Shown piece after piece: positions 46,652 to 55,487 of a DNA stretch of 64,000 bases. Source of the DNA: Acidimicrobiales bacterium. Its GTDB lineage: Bacteria; Actinomycetota; Acidimicrobiia; Acidimicrobiales; CADCSY01. The translations under genes and the position numbers were made by a program. The first letter of the stretch is position 1. Every line of letters starts with the position of its first letter. The stretch lies in the NCBI GenBank assembly GCA_035540955.1, contig DATLFP010000058.1, positions 4,340-68,339 on the forward strand, in the 5' to 3' direction. The notes beneath the pieces were generated by a model, which worked only from the letters and a program-made list of their open reading frames with translations, was not told the origin of the DNA and made no database searches.

Positions 46652-47983
46652 TCACCCCAGGAAGTCGCGGGCCAGCTCCTCCCACATCTCGGTCGACAGC
46701 CGCAACGACTCGACGTCGACCCGCTCGTCGTCACCGTGGAACATGAGCGCGTAGTCCTCGTACCGGATCGCGGGGCTGAAGAGCCCGAATCCGTACGACG
46801 GGATGCCGAGACGACGGAAGAAGCGGGCATCGGTGGCACCCACGGTCATGGCCGGCACCAGGGCGGCGCCGGGATAGAAGCCGTCGGCAACCCGGGCCAT
46901 GGCGTCCCACAGCGGCGTGTCCGCCGGCGAGGCCGTGCTGGGGTCGTGGTTGGCGCCCACGACCGAGACCCGGCCGGCGAGGTCGCCGAGCGCGTCGCTC
47001 AGCATCGCGTCGACCTCCTCGGCCGATTGACCCGGGAGGGTGCGGATGTCGACCTGGAGGTCGACCCGATCGGGGATCACGTTCGTCTTCGTCCCCGCGT
47101 GCATGACGGTGGGGGCGAAGGTGGTGTGCGTGCAGGCATGGGCGACGCGGGCCATGCCGAGCGGCAGGTCGTCGAGCACGCCCTCGATCTCCCCGGGATC
47201 GAGCAGCGCCGCCTCCCGCTCGGGATCGAGCTCCATGCCGCGGACGTATCGCGTCCAGGTGTCGTGGATCTCCGCCTGCGGCCGGTACGCCGACAGCCGG
47301 CGGACGACCTCGGCGGCGGTGACGAGAGCGTTGTCGGTGCGGAAGGGCTGCGACGCGTGGCCCGGCGTGCCGCCGATGCGCAGCGTGCACCAGTGGCTGC
47401 CCTTCTCGGCGGTGATCACCGGCAGCTTCACGCCCGACGAGCGCCGGGTGGGGTTGCCGCCCGACTCGGTGACCACGTAGCTCGCCCGCACGGCGTCGAG
47501 CTCGTGGTCGACGAGCCACTCCGCCCCCCACGCACCGAGGGCCTCCTCGTCGGCCACGGCGAGGTAGATGAGCGTGCCGCGCGGTCGGAAGCCGGAGGAC
47601 GCCAGCCGGCGCACGGCGACGGCCATGGACGCCGTGAGGTTGAGCATGTCGACCGCGCCCCGGCCCCACACGTAGCCATCGGCGAGCTCGGCCGCGAACG
47701 GATCGCGCGTCCACCCGTCGGCGTTCACGGGCACGACGTCGGTGTGCCCCATGAGGAGAAGCGACGGCGCGTCGCGGTCGTGACCCTCGATGCGGGCAAC
47801 CAGGTTGGCGCGGTCGGGGCGCGCCGCGAACGTCTGCAGGTCGAGGCCCGGCCCCTCGAGGAGCGCGCGCAGCACGTCGACCGAGCGCGCTTCGTGACCG
47901 CTGTCGTCGGTTCCGTCGTTCACGCATGCGTTCCGGATGAGGGACTGGAGGACCTCGACGACCTCACCGGGCATGTCGCGCAT
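46652..47983 (-). CDS. M20-family metallopeptidase (ArgE/DapE/CPG2-like)
   Basis: [26 protein letters not shown]. The start is ambiguous (TTG 48007, ATG 47983 or ATG 47974). Confidence 0.85.
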   Translation of the reverse strand: MRDMPGEVVEVLQSLIRNACVNDGTDDSGHEARSVDVLRALLEGPGLDLQTFAARPDRANLVARIEGHDRDAPSLLLMGHTDVVPVNADGWTRDPFAAELADGYVWGRGAVDMLNLTASMAVAVRRLASSGFRPRGTLIYLAVADEEALGAWGAEWLVDHELDAVRASYVVTESGGNPTRRSSGVKLPVITAEKGSHWCTLRIGGTPGHASQPFRTDNALVTAAEVVRRLSAYRPQAEIHDTWTRYVRGMELDPEREAALLDPGEIEGVLDDLPLGMARVAHACTHTTFAPTVMHAGTKTNVIPDRVDLQVDIRTLPGQSAEEVDAMLSDALGDLAGRVSVVGANHDPSTASPADTPLWDAMARVADGFYPGAALVPAMTVGATDARFFRRLGIPSYGFGLFSPAIRYEDYALMFHGDDERVDVESLRLSTEMWEELARDFLG

Positions 47984-48045
47984 ACGAGAAATCGTACGGG
48001 GATGCAACTATTGCAACGCGTTCGATGCTTGACTGTTACGCGCTG

Positions 48046-49677
48046 ATGGCAACGAAGCATCTCGTGGTCGATGGATCGAACATCGCGACCGAAGGTCGGA
48101 CGATGCCTTCGCTCGCGCAGCTCGACGAAGCCGTGCGCGCGTTCATCGCCGAGCGGCCGATGGACAACTACACCGTGATCGTCGACGCCACGTTCGAGCA
48201 CCGCATCGACGCGTCGGAGCGGAAGCTCTACGACGACGCGCTTGCCGCCAACGAGCTCATCGTCACGCCGGCCGGGACCGTCGGTCGCGGCGACCGCTTC
48301 ATCCTCGAGGTTGCCGACCGCGCCGGTGCCATCGTGCTCTCGAACGACTCGTTCCAGGAGTTCCACGGCGACTACGGCTGGCTGTTCGACTCGGGACGCC
48401 TGATCGGCGGCCGGCCGGTCCCCGGCGTCGGCTGGGTGTTCGTCGAGCGCTCACCGGTGCGAGGACCCAAGAGCCGCCAGGCGACCCGCGACGCCAAGCG
48501 CAAGCGGGGGCCGGCCACCAAGGCGGCCGCCGCGCCCCGCGCGGCGCCCACGGCGCCCTCGAAGTCGTCGGGGCGCCCCCGAGGGGCGAAGAAGGCGGTG
48601 GGCGACGCCGCACCTGCGAAGCGGGCGAAGGCGGCCGGGCCGGGCAAGGCGGCCGGCAAGCCGGCCGGCAAGCCGCCGGCGGCGAAGGCGCCGCCGCGCG
48701 AGGGCGATGGCCGGCGCCGGACCGGTCGTCCTCAGCAGCCGCTCAACGACCAGCTGCCCTTCATCGAGTTCATCGCCGAGCACCTGCCGGGCAGCACGGT
48801 CGAGGGCGAGGTCGTGGAGTTCAGCAGCCACGGCGCCTATGTCCAGATCGGCGACGTCCGCTGCTACGTCCCGCTGAAGAACATGGGCGACCCGCCGCCC
48901 CGCAGCGCGCGCGACGTGCTCGAGCGGGGCCAGGTCCGCACGTTCGTCGTCCACTCCATCGAAGCGGCCCGGCGCGGGATCGACCTCGCGCTGCCCGGCT
49001 TCGAACGCATCGCGGCATCGCCGACCGAACCGGTCGCGACGCCACCTCGGCCCCGCCGCTCGCGCGCGGCAGCGGCCGACACGACCCTGCCGGTTGCCGC
49101 GTCGAACGACGCCGCTCCGGCAGTGGACAGGGCCCCGGCTGCGGCCGGGGCGAACCAGCCCGAAAGCGAGGCCACACTGGCAGCAACCAAGAAGGCAGCG
49201 GGTCGAAAGACCGCGGCCAAGAAGAGCACGGCTCGCAAGAGCACGGCGAAGAAGGCCACGGCCCGGAAGTCGACCGCTCGCAAGGCAACTGCCAAGCGCG
49301 CGCCGGCGAAGAAGGCCACGGCTCGGAAGCGCACCGCCAAGAAGGCGACGGCCAAGAAGTCGACCGCCAAGAAGGCGACTGCCCGGAAGAGCACGGCCAA
49401 GAAGAGCGCAGCCAAGAAGAGCACGGCTCGCAAGAGCACGGCCAAGAAGGCTGCGAAGAAGAGCACGGCCAAGAAGAGCACCGCGAAGAAGGCGGGTGCC
49501 CGGAAGAGCTCGGCCAAGAAGGCCGGCGCTCGCAAGCGCCCGGCCAAGAAGAGCACAGCCAAGAAGAGCACGGCTCGCAAGAGCACGGCTCGCAAGCGCC
49601 CGGCCAAGAAGAGCACGGCTCGCAAGAGCACGGCCCGGAAGGCCGGCGCCCGGAAGAGCACGGCGCGCAAGCGCTGA
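48046..49677 (+). CDS. NYN (Zc3h12a/regnase-like) ribonuclease domain - S1-like domain - histone-H1-like Lys/Ala/Thr/Ser repeat tail protein
   Basis: N-terminal [11 protein letters not shown]...[25 protein letters not shown] (cf. regnase VVIDGSNVA...DDRFIV...GIVVSNDTY). Middle segment [27 protein letters not shown] (S1 fold). The last ~160 aa are about 30 repeats of (K/R)K(S/A)TA. Confidence 0.8.
   Translation: MATKHLVVDGSNIATEGRTMPSLAQLDEAVRAFIAERPMDNYTVIVDATFEHRIDASERKLYDDALAANELIVTPAGTVGRGDRFILEVADRAGAIVLSNDSFQEFHGDYGWLFDSGRLIGGRPVPGVGWVFVERSPVRGPKSRQATRDAKRKRGPATKAAAAPRAAPTAPSKSSGRPRGAKKAVGDAAPAKRAKAAGPGKAAGKPAGKPPAAKAPPREGDGRRRTGRPQQPLNDQLPFIEFIAEHLPGSTVEGEVVEFSSHGAYVQIGDVRCYVPLKNMGDPPPRSARDVLERGQVRTFVVHSIEAARRGIDLALPGFERIAASPTEPVATPPRPRRSRAAAADTTLPVAASNDAAPAVDRAPAAAGANQPESEATLAATKKAAGRKTAAKKSTARKSTAKKATARKSTARKATAKRAPAKKATARKRTAKKATAKKSTAKKATARKSTAKKSAAKKSTARKSTAKKAAKKSTAKKSTAKKAGARKSSAKKAGARKRPAKKSTAKKSTARKSTARKRPAKKSTARKSTARKAGARKSTARKR
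49186..49674 (+). repeat. coding tandem repeat (15-nt / 5-codon periodicity) encoding the basic tail
   Basis: Units such as AAGAAGAGCACGGC(T/C)CGCAAGAGCACGGCC recur many times with small variations. They are in frame and lie inside the 48046-49677 CDS. Confidence 0.85.
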
Positions 49678-49693
49678 GCCCTGCGTCTCCGTT

Positions 49694-49737
49694 CTGGGAC
49701 TGGTTCGCCCGGGCACGCCCGGTCGGGCCAGTCCCAG
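49694..49737. terminator. hairpin between convergent genes
   Basis: CTGGGACTGG (49694-49703) pairs with CCAGTCCCAG (49728-49737), with further imperfect pairing inside (TTCGCCCGGG / CCCGGTCGGG). Confidence 0.45.
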
Positions 49738-49755
49738 CTCGCGTCTCGAGCGTGC

Positions 49756-50349
49756 TCAGCTTCGCTCGAGGAGCCGGGTGGCGACGCGGTGCATCGTGTC
49801 GCGGTCCTGCACGCCGGGGATGACGAACCCCGACGGCATGAGGAACGCCGGCGTGCCCGTGACCTCGTGATCCACGGCCTCGACCATCGACGCTCGGAGC
49901 GCGGCATGGGCCGAGCCGTCGTCGACCGCCGCCCGCACCGGCGCCGGATCACCCCCACAGGCGACGATCAGCTCGTCGACCACGTCCGGATCCTCGATGT
50001 CGCGCCCCTCGGCGAAGTGGGCGGCGAAGAGCGCTCGGTGCAGGCCCGGGAACACCGGAGGCTGGGTCAGGCGGACGTGCTCGGCGGCCTCGAGCACCTT
50101 GCGGGTGTTGGGTGATCGTCGGGGTCGCACGAACGGGAGTCCGACCTCCTCGCACTCGCGGCCGACGTGGTCGAACACCGCCGCCGTCCGCCCGCCGGCC
50201 CGGAGCTCGCGACCGCCGGTCGGGATGTCGGGGTGCAGCTCGTAGGGACGGATGACGACCTCGATGCCGAGGTCGTCCAGCTGCTGCTCGCGGTCGAGCC
50301 CCAGATAGCACCAGGGGCAGAGGTAGTCGGACCAGACGGTGACCAGCAC
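49756..50349 (-). CDS. DsbA/FrnE-family thiol-disulfide oxidoreductase
   Basis: 197 aa. VWSDYLCPWCYLG (CPWC active site) and C-terminal GTPAFLM. Confidence 0.85.
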   Translation of the reverse strand: MLVTVWSDYLCPWCYLGLDREQQLDDLGIEVVIRPYELHPDIPTGGRELRAGGRTAAVFDHVGRECEEVGLPFVRPRRSPNTRKVLEAAEHVRLTQPPVFPGLHRALFAAHFAEGRDIEDPDVVDELIVACGGDPAPVRAAVDDGSAHAALRASMVEAVDHEVTGTPAFLMPSGFVIPGVQDRDTMHRVATRLLERS

Positions 50350-50366
50350 GCGGGTCCATCGTTAGC

Positions 50367-51152
50367 GTGCCGACCGTGCGGATCGCCACCTGGAACGTAA
50401 ACTCGCTCCATGCCCGGCTGCCGCGGCTCGAGGAGTGGCTCGGCATCGCCCGCCCCGACGTCGTGTGCCTCCAGGAGACGAAGTGCGGCGACGACTCCTT
50501 CCCGACCATGGCCTTCACGACGCTCGGCTACGAGGCCGTGCACCACGGCGAGGGCCGGTGGAACGGCGTGGCGATCCTGAGCCGAGTCGGGATCGACGCC
50601 GTCGTCGACGGGTTCGCCGACGGCGGCGAGTCCGACGGCGAGGCCCGGCTGCTCACCGCCACGTGCGGTGGTGTGCGGGTGGCGACGACCTACGTCCCGA
50701 ACGGTCGGGAGGTCGGCCACGAGCAGTGGCACCGGAAGCTCGGCTGGCTCCGCCGCCTCCGAGACCACCTCGACGCGGTTGCCTCACCGGACGACGACGT
50801 CGTGCTGTGCGGTGACTTCAACGTGGCGCCCGATGACCGCGACGTGTGGGACCCGCAGCGATGTCACGGCGGCACCCACGTGAGCCCCGAGGAGCGAGAG
50901 GCGCTCGCCCACGTGCTGGGCTGGGGCCTCGTCGACACGTTGCGGGTGCGCCACCCCGACGATGCGCTCTACACCTGGTGGGACTACCAGGCCGGCGCGT
51001 TCCACAAGCACTGGGGCATGCGCATCGATCTGCTGCTCGCCAGTCGGTCCCTCTCGGATCGGCTCGAGTGGGTGCTCGTCGACCGCAACGCCCGCAAGGG
51101 GACCAAGCCGTCGGACCACGCTCCGTTCGTCGCCCAGTTCGGCCCCGGGTAG
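50367..51152 (+). CDS. xthA: exodeoxyribonuclease III
   Basis: VRIATWNVNSLHARL, VVCLQETK, GDFNVAP, SDHAPF. Start is GTG 50367 or GTG 50376. Confidence 0.9.
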   Translation: MPTVRIATWNVNSLHARLPRLEEWLGIARPDVVCLQETKCGDDSFPTMAFTTLGYEAVHHGEGRWNGVAILSRVGIDAVVDGFADGGESDGEARLLTATCGGVRVATTYVPNGREVGHEQWHRKLGWLRRLRDHLDAVASPDDDVVLCGDFNVAPDDRDVWDPQRCHGGTHVSPEEREALAHVLGWGLVDTLRVRHPDDALYTWWDYQAGAFHKHWGMRIDLLLASRSLSDRLEWVLVDRNARKGTKPSDHAPFVAQFGPG

Positions 51153-51163
51153 GTTCGCCGGCC

Positions 51164-51853
51164 GTGTCGGACGAGCAGGCCGCGAGCTGGGTCGAGCGGT
51201 GGGTGGCGCACGACGAGCCGTCGCCGCGCGTCGCCGAGATGCGCCGCCTCGCCGACGCGGCGCGGGTCGTGATCGAGCGGTTGGTCACCTCGGGGGCGCC
51301 CCACGACGCCATCGAGCGGGCGGCGTCGCACCTCGAGCAGGCCGCGGCGGCGCTCGAGGGCCCGGGTGCCGTGCGCAGCTACGAGGGGTTCGCCGAGTCG
51401 GCCAACGCCGGCGGCGACCCCCATGCCCACTTCGACCACAGCCCGGTCATGGGCACCGCCAACCCGATCGCCCCGCCGATGCGGGTCGAGTGGGGCGGCG
51501 ACAAGATCATCGTGCGGGCGGTGTTCGGCTCGGCCTACGAGGGCCCACCCGGTTCGGTCCACGGTGGCTGGATCGCCGCCGCCTTCGACGAGGTGCTCGG
51601 CATGGCGCAGTCGCTCGGTGGGAGCCCGGGCATGACCGGCACGCTCACCGTGAAGTACCGGCGGCCGACCCCGTTGCACCGTGAGCTGCGGTTCGAGGGC
51701 ACGCTCGACCGCGTCGACGGGCGCAAGATCTTCACGACCGGTCGCTGCTTCGACGGCGAGGTCCTGACCGCCGAGGCCGAGGGCCTGTTCATCCGCGTCG
51801 ACTTCCAGAAGATCGCCGACATGATGACCCGGCGCGACGCCGCCGCCCCCTGA
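51164..51853 (+). CDS. PaaI-like hotdog thioesterase with N-terminal extension
   Basis: GTG 51164. The core GSVHGGWIAAAFDEVLGMA ... TLTVKYRRPTP is typical of hotdog thioesterases. Confidence 0.75.
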   Translation: MSDEQAASWVERWVAHDEPSPRVAEMRRLADAARVVIERLVTSGAPHDAIERAASHLEQAAAALEGPGAVRSYEGFAESANAGGDPHAHFDHSPVMGTANPIAPPMRVEWGGDKIIVRAVFGSAYEGPPGSVHGGWIAAAFDEVLGMAQSLGGSPGMTGTLTVKYRRPTPLHRELRFEGTLDRVDGRKIFTTGRCFDGEVLTAEAEGLFIRVDFQKIADMMTRRDAAAP

Positions 51854-51963
51854 CTCACGAAGGTTGTCGCGCTCGCCCGGTCGGGGCGGGTGTCCGCGAC
51901 AACCTTCGAGCCCGGTCGGGGCGGGTGTCCGCGACAACCTTCGAGCTCGGTGGGGGGTGGCGG
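51854..51963. repeat. intergenic repeat IGR-A copy 2 with a perfect 35-bp internal tandem duplication
   Basis: It fills the gap between convergent genes. The left arm CGAAGGTTGTCGCG (51858-51871) is complementary to CGCGACAACCTTCG at 51895-51908 and again at 51930-51943. The units 51876-51910 and 51911-51945 are identical. Confidence 0.75.
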
Positions 51964-53970
51964 CTACGAGGCGCGGGCGTCGGCGACGACGCGGAGGAGG
52001 TCGTCGCCGTAGCGGGCCGCCTTCACCGGTCCGAGACCGGGAAGGGCGAGGAGCGCGTCGCGGTCGCGGGGCCGGGCCTCGGCCACCGCCGCCAGGGTGG
52101 TGTCGTGGAAGATCACGTAGGCGGGGACGCCCGCCGCCTTGGCCGCGGTTCGCCGCCACGCCTTGAGGGCGTCGAGCACCGCCGGGTCGGCGTCGGCGCC
52201 GATCACCGGCGTCGCCGGCCGGCTCCCGCCGCCGGTCGACCGCAGGCGTCGGCGCTCCTCGGCCACCCGCGCTCGGAGGTCGGCGGGCGCCACGCCCTGG
52301 CGTAGGGCCGCGAGCACCGCACCGATGTCGTCGAGCCACGGTGAGGGGGAGCGCCGCAGCGAGCGGGCGCCGAAGGTGCGCTCACGCGCCCAGGAGCAGT
52401 GGAGCTCGTCCTCGGCGCGGGTCACGGCGACGTACAGGAGCCGCCGCTCCTCCTCTTCGGCCGCGGGGGTCTTGGCGTGGCCGATGGGGACGAGCCCCCG
52501 CTCGAGACCGACGAGGAACACGACCGGCCACTCGAGCCCCTTGGCGGCGTGGAAGGTCGCCAGCTCCACGCCGTCGGCGACGGTCGCCCCGTTGTCGCCC
52601 CGCAGCGTGGCGTCGAGCCAGCCGGTGAACCCCTCGACGGTGGGGAGACCACCGGCGGCGGCGTACTCCCCGGCGAGGCGCACCAGCTCGGCGACGTTGC
52701 CGCGGCGCTCGGCGGCGGCGGGGGTGTCGTCGTCGTCCTCGAGCGCCCCGGCCTGCAGCCCGGCGATGCGCTCGGGGAAGGTCCCCGGCCGGCGCCGGAG
52801 CGAGGTGAGGGCATCGGCGATCTCGGGCCGGTCGAGGAAGGGCGCACCGCCGCGCACGCGATACGGGATGCCGGCGCTCCGCAGCGCCTCCTCGAGCACG
52901 ACGAGCTGCGCGTTGGTGCGGGCGAGCACGGCGAGCCGCGACCACGGCGTGCCGGGCGGGCGACGGTCGCGCACCGCCCTCGCCACCGCCCGAGCCTCGG
53001 CGTGCTCGTCGGCGAAGGCCCGCACCGACGGCAGCCGCCCGTCGGGCCGGTGGGCGCGCAGCCCGCCGCCCGGGTCGCCGAGCACGGTGGCGGCGACGGC
53101 GAGGATCTGCGGCGAGGACCGGAAGTTGTCCTCGAGCGACACGACGGTGGCGCCGGGCTCCCGGTCGCAGAACCGCGTGAGGTACGACGGCTCGGCGCCG
53201 TTCCACGCGTAGATCGCCTGGTTGGGATCGCCCACGACGCAGAGGTCGGCGTTGCCCGCCCGCCACCCGTCGAGGAGGGCGGACTGGGCGGGGTTGACGT
53301 CCTGGAACTCGTCGACGAAGAGGTGGCGGAACCGCCACCGCTGGCCGGCGGCGAACTCGCTGTCGTCGCGCAGGGCCCGGGCGCACAGGAGCAGGAGGTC
53401 GTCGAAGTCGACGAGGCGCCGGGCCCGCTTCTCCTCCTCGTAGCGGGCGTAGAGCGCGGCCATGGCGGTCGCCGCGATCGGCGTGGTACGGCCGATGCGG
53501 GCCACCTCGTCGGCGTAGCGCTCGGGCGCCACCAGCCGGGCCTTGGCCCACTCGATCTCGGCGACGAGATCGATGTGGGGCACGGCGGCGTCGCGCACGC
53601 GGCCCCGCAGCTCGGCCACAAGCGGGACCTTGCGCTTCAGGAGCGCCGGCGGCGTGATGTCGCGATCGGCCCACCGCTGCCGGAGCTGCGCGTAGGCGAT
53701 GGCGTGGAACGTGCCGGCCGCCACCTGGTCGCGCACGCCGAGCGATCCCAGCCTGGTGCGCAGCTCGCCGGCCGCCTTGCGGGTGAAGGTGAGAGCGAGG
53801 ACGTGCCGCGCCTCGGCACTGCCGGTCGCCGCCCGCCACGCGATGCGCCGGGTGAGCACCCGGGTCTTCCCCGAGCCGGCACCGGCGAGGATCACGAGCG
53901 GGGCGCCGTCGCTGGTGACGGCAGCGGCCTGGGCTTCGGTCAGCCCGTCGAGGAGACGTGTCGCGCCCAC
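51964..53970 (-). CDS. uvrD2: UvrD/PcrA-family ATP-dependent DNA helicase with C-terminal HRDC domain (UvrD2-like)
   Basis: GTG 53970. Walker A AGAGSGKTRVL, helicase motifs TFTRKAAGEL, FVDEFQD, VLARTN, LLYVAVTRA. The C-terminal HRDC is LKAWRRTAAKAAGVPAYVIFHDTTLAAVA...LPGLGPVKAARYG. The rest of the 1117-aa track ORF is read-through. Confidence 0.9.
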   Translation of the reverse strand: MGATRLLDGLTEAQAAAVTSDGAPLVILAGAGSGKTRVLTRRIAWRAATGSAEARHVLALTFTRKAAGELRTRLGSLGVRDQVAAGTFHAIAYAQLRQRWADRDITPPALLKRKVPLVAELRGRVRDAAVPHIDLVAEIEWAKARLVAPERYADEVARIGRTTPIAATAMAALYARYEEEKRARRLVDFDDLLLLCARALRDDSEFAAGQRWRFRHLFVDEFQDVNPAQSALLDGWRAGNADLCVVGDPNQAIYAWNGAEPSYLTRFCDREPGATVVSLEDNFRSSPQILAVAATVLGDPGGGLRAHRPDGRLPSVRAFADEHAEARAVARAVRDRRPPGTPWSRLAVLARTNAQLVVLEEALRSAGIPYRVRGGAPFLDRPEIADALTSLRRRPGTFPERIAGLQAGALEDDDDTPAAAERRGNVAELVRLAGEYAAAGGLPTVEGFTGWLDATLRGDNGATVADGVELATFHAAKGLEWPVVFLVGLERGLVPIGHAKTPAAEEEERRLLYVAVTRAEDELHCSWARERTFGARSLRRSPSPWLDDIGAVLAALRQGVAPADLRARVAEERRRLRSTGGGSRPATPVIGADADPAVLDALKAWRRTAAKAAGVPAYVIFHDTTLAAVAEARPRDRDALLALPGLGPVKAARYGDDLLRVVADARAS

Positions 53971-54009
53971 GTCGAACGAATGTACGGAGGGGGTGTGACA
54001 GGATGGGGG

Positions 54010-54354
54010 ATGGTCGTCCACGTGCCGCCGGAGCGGTTCGAGGAGCTCGTCGGCGAGGCCCTCGACGGCATCCCCGAGGAGCTGGCCCGCCACATCGACA
54101 ACGTCGTGATCCGGGTCCAGGACGAGTCCCGCGCCGGACTGCTCGGGCTCTACGAGGGCATCCCCCTGACCCGCCGTGAGCAGTACGGCGCCCTGGCGAT
54201 GCCCGATCGCATCACGATCTACCGCAACCCCATCCTCCGCCGGTCGCGGACCGAGACCGAGGTGGTCCACCAGGTGCGGGTGACGGTCATCCACGAGATC
54301 GCCCACCACTTCGGCATCAGCGACGCTCGCCTGCACGAGCTGGGCTGGGCCTGA
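54010..54354 (+). CDS. small zinc metallopeptidase-family protein (DUF1025-like, HExxH)
   Basis: 114 aa. MVVHVPPERFEELVGEALDGIPEEL ... VIHEIAHHFG. Confidence 0.8.
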   Translation: MVVHVPPERFEELVGEALDGIPEELARHIDNVVIRVQDESRAGLLGLYEGIPLTRREQYGALAMPDRITIYRNPILRRSRTETEVVHQVRVTVIHEIAHHFGISDARLHELGWA

Positions 54355-54396
54355 ACGGGCACAACGTCGAGCCGGGCGCGGCATAGCGTCGGGGCC

Positions 54397-54933
54397 GTGC
54401 CGCACGTCGCCGTGACCGCCGTGGGCGTCGACCGACCCGGCATCGTCGCCGCCGTGACCGGGGTGCTCCTCGACCACGGCGGCAACCTCGAGGACACGGC
54501 CATGACCAGGCTGGGCGGCCACTTCGCGATGGTCCTGGTGGTCGAGGTGCCGGGGGCCGAGGACGCGGCCGGCCTGGAGCAGGCCCTTGCCGCCGGCACC
54601 GCCGACCTCGGGCTCACGGTGACGGTCCGGCCCATCGGCGAGGTGGCCGAGGTCGCCGAGACCGGCTCGCCGTGGGCGGTGACCGTGCACGGGGCCGACC
54701 AGCCCGGGATCGTGCACCGCGTGGCGACGACCCTGGCCGGGCACGGCGCCAACATCGTCGACCTCTCGACCCGCCGGCTCACCACAGGCGCCGGCACCGG
54801 GTACGTGGTCCTGCTCGAGGTGCTGCTCCCGACCGGTGTCGACGAGGGGGCCGTCGAGGCCGACCTCGACCGGCTCGCCGCCGACCTCGGCGTCGAGGTG
54901 CACCTGCGGGCCGACGAGGCCGACGTCTTGTGA
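54397..54933 (+). CDS. tandem ACT-domain protein (GcvR-like)
   Basis: 178 aa with two ACT-like halves (VTAVGVDRPGIVAAVTGVLLDHGGNL and VTVHGADQPGIVHRVATTLAGHGANI). GTG start. Confidence 0.8.
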   Translation: MPHVAVTAVGVDRPGIVAAVTGVLLDHGGNLEDTAMTRLGGHFAMVLVVEVPGAEDAAGLEQALAAGTADLGLTVTVRPIGEVAEVAETGSPWAVTVHGADQPGIVHRVATTLAGHGANIVDLSTRRLTTGAGTGYVVLLEVLLPTGVDEGAVEADLDRLAADLGVEVHLRADEADVL

Positions 54934-54943
54934 GCGCGCGTCG

Positions 54944-55441
54944 GTGATCCGGCCGGTCCGGTTCTTCCCGGACCCCGTCCTCGCAGGTCGGTGCACGGCG
55001 GTCGGCGAGATCGACGACGCCGCGCTGGCCCTCGGGCGCGACCTCCTCGACACGATGCGGGGCTCGTCGCACTCCGTCGGCGTGGCCGCACCCCAGATCG
55101 GGGTGGCGCGGCGTGCGTTCTGCGTGGACGTGAGCGGCCACCCCAAGGCCCGCTCGTGCCACGGCGAGGTCGTCCTGTTCGATCCCGTGGTGGTGGAGCG
55201 GGCCGGCGCCCACGTGGGGCGGGAGGGGTGCATGAGCGTTCCCGATCTCACCGGCGACGTGCTCCGCGCCGCGACGATCGTCGTGCGGGGCCTCGGCCTC
55301 GACGGCGAGGAGCGCACGATCGAAGCGGACGCGTTCGAGGCTCGGGCCGTGCAGCACGAGCTCGACCATCTCGACGGTCTGCTCTTCCTCGACCGCGTCG
55401 TGGCCGCCGACCGCCTCTACCGCCGCCGCGTCTACCGGTAG
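54944..55441 (+). CDS. def: peptide deformylase
   Basis: GTG 54944. The three PDF motifs are GVAAPQIG, EGCMSVP and QHELDHLDG. Confidence 0.85.
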   Translation: MIRPVRFFPDPVLAGRCTAVGEIDDAALALGRDLLDTMRGSSHSVGVAAPQIGVARRAFCVDVSGHPKARSCHGEVVLFDPVVVERAGAHVGREGCMSVPDLTGDVLRAATIVVRGLGLDGEERTIEADAFEARAVQHELDHLDGLLFLDRVVAADRLYRRRVYR

Positions 55442-55487
55442 TCGGTACATTCGAGACCGGCGGCGCCGTCGGGCTTACGCTCGTCCC

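Noticed and set aside
47975-48045. The lower-GC divergent region between the M20 peptidase and NYN-protein genes contains TTGCAA/TTGACT hexamers and an AACGCGTT palindrome, as possible promoters or an operator.
   Set aside because: I could not place a convincing -10 (TAnnnT) at proper spacing for either hexamer. It is probably a genuine promoter region, but the specific elements are not supportable by eye.
51854-51963. Possible CRISPR array (repeated 35-mers) here, and likewise the repetitive block at 49186-49674.
   Set aside because: The 35-bp units are directly adjacent with no spacers and only two copies. The 49.2-49.7 kb repeats are in-frame coding repeats inside a CDS. No cas genes are present.
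51964-55317. Over-extended N-termini of track ORFs: 51964..55317, 1366..3165, 14030..15913, 23504..25231, 33988..35235, 56527..58356, 57444..58466, 37900..40371, 8468..10930, 29568..31736, 52399..54354.
   Set aside because: Only the C-terminal portions show family motifs. The upstream portions overlap other well-supported genes or are low-complexity read-through. I trimmed the starts to the first plausible ATG/GTG consistent with homologue N-termini and neighbouring gene ends, but exact starts remain uncertain by a few codons.
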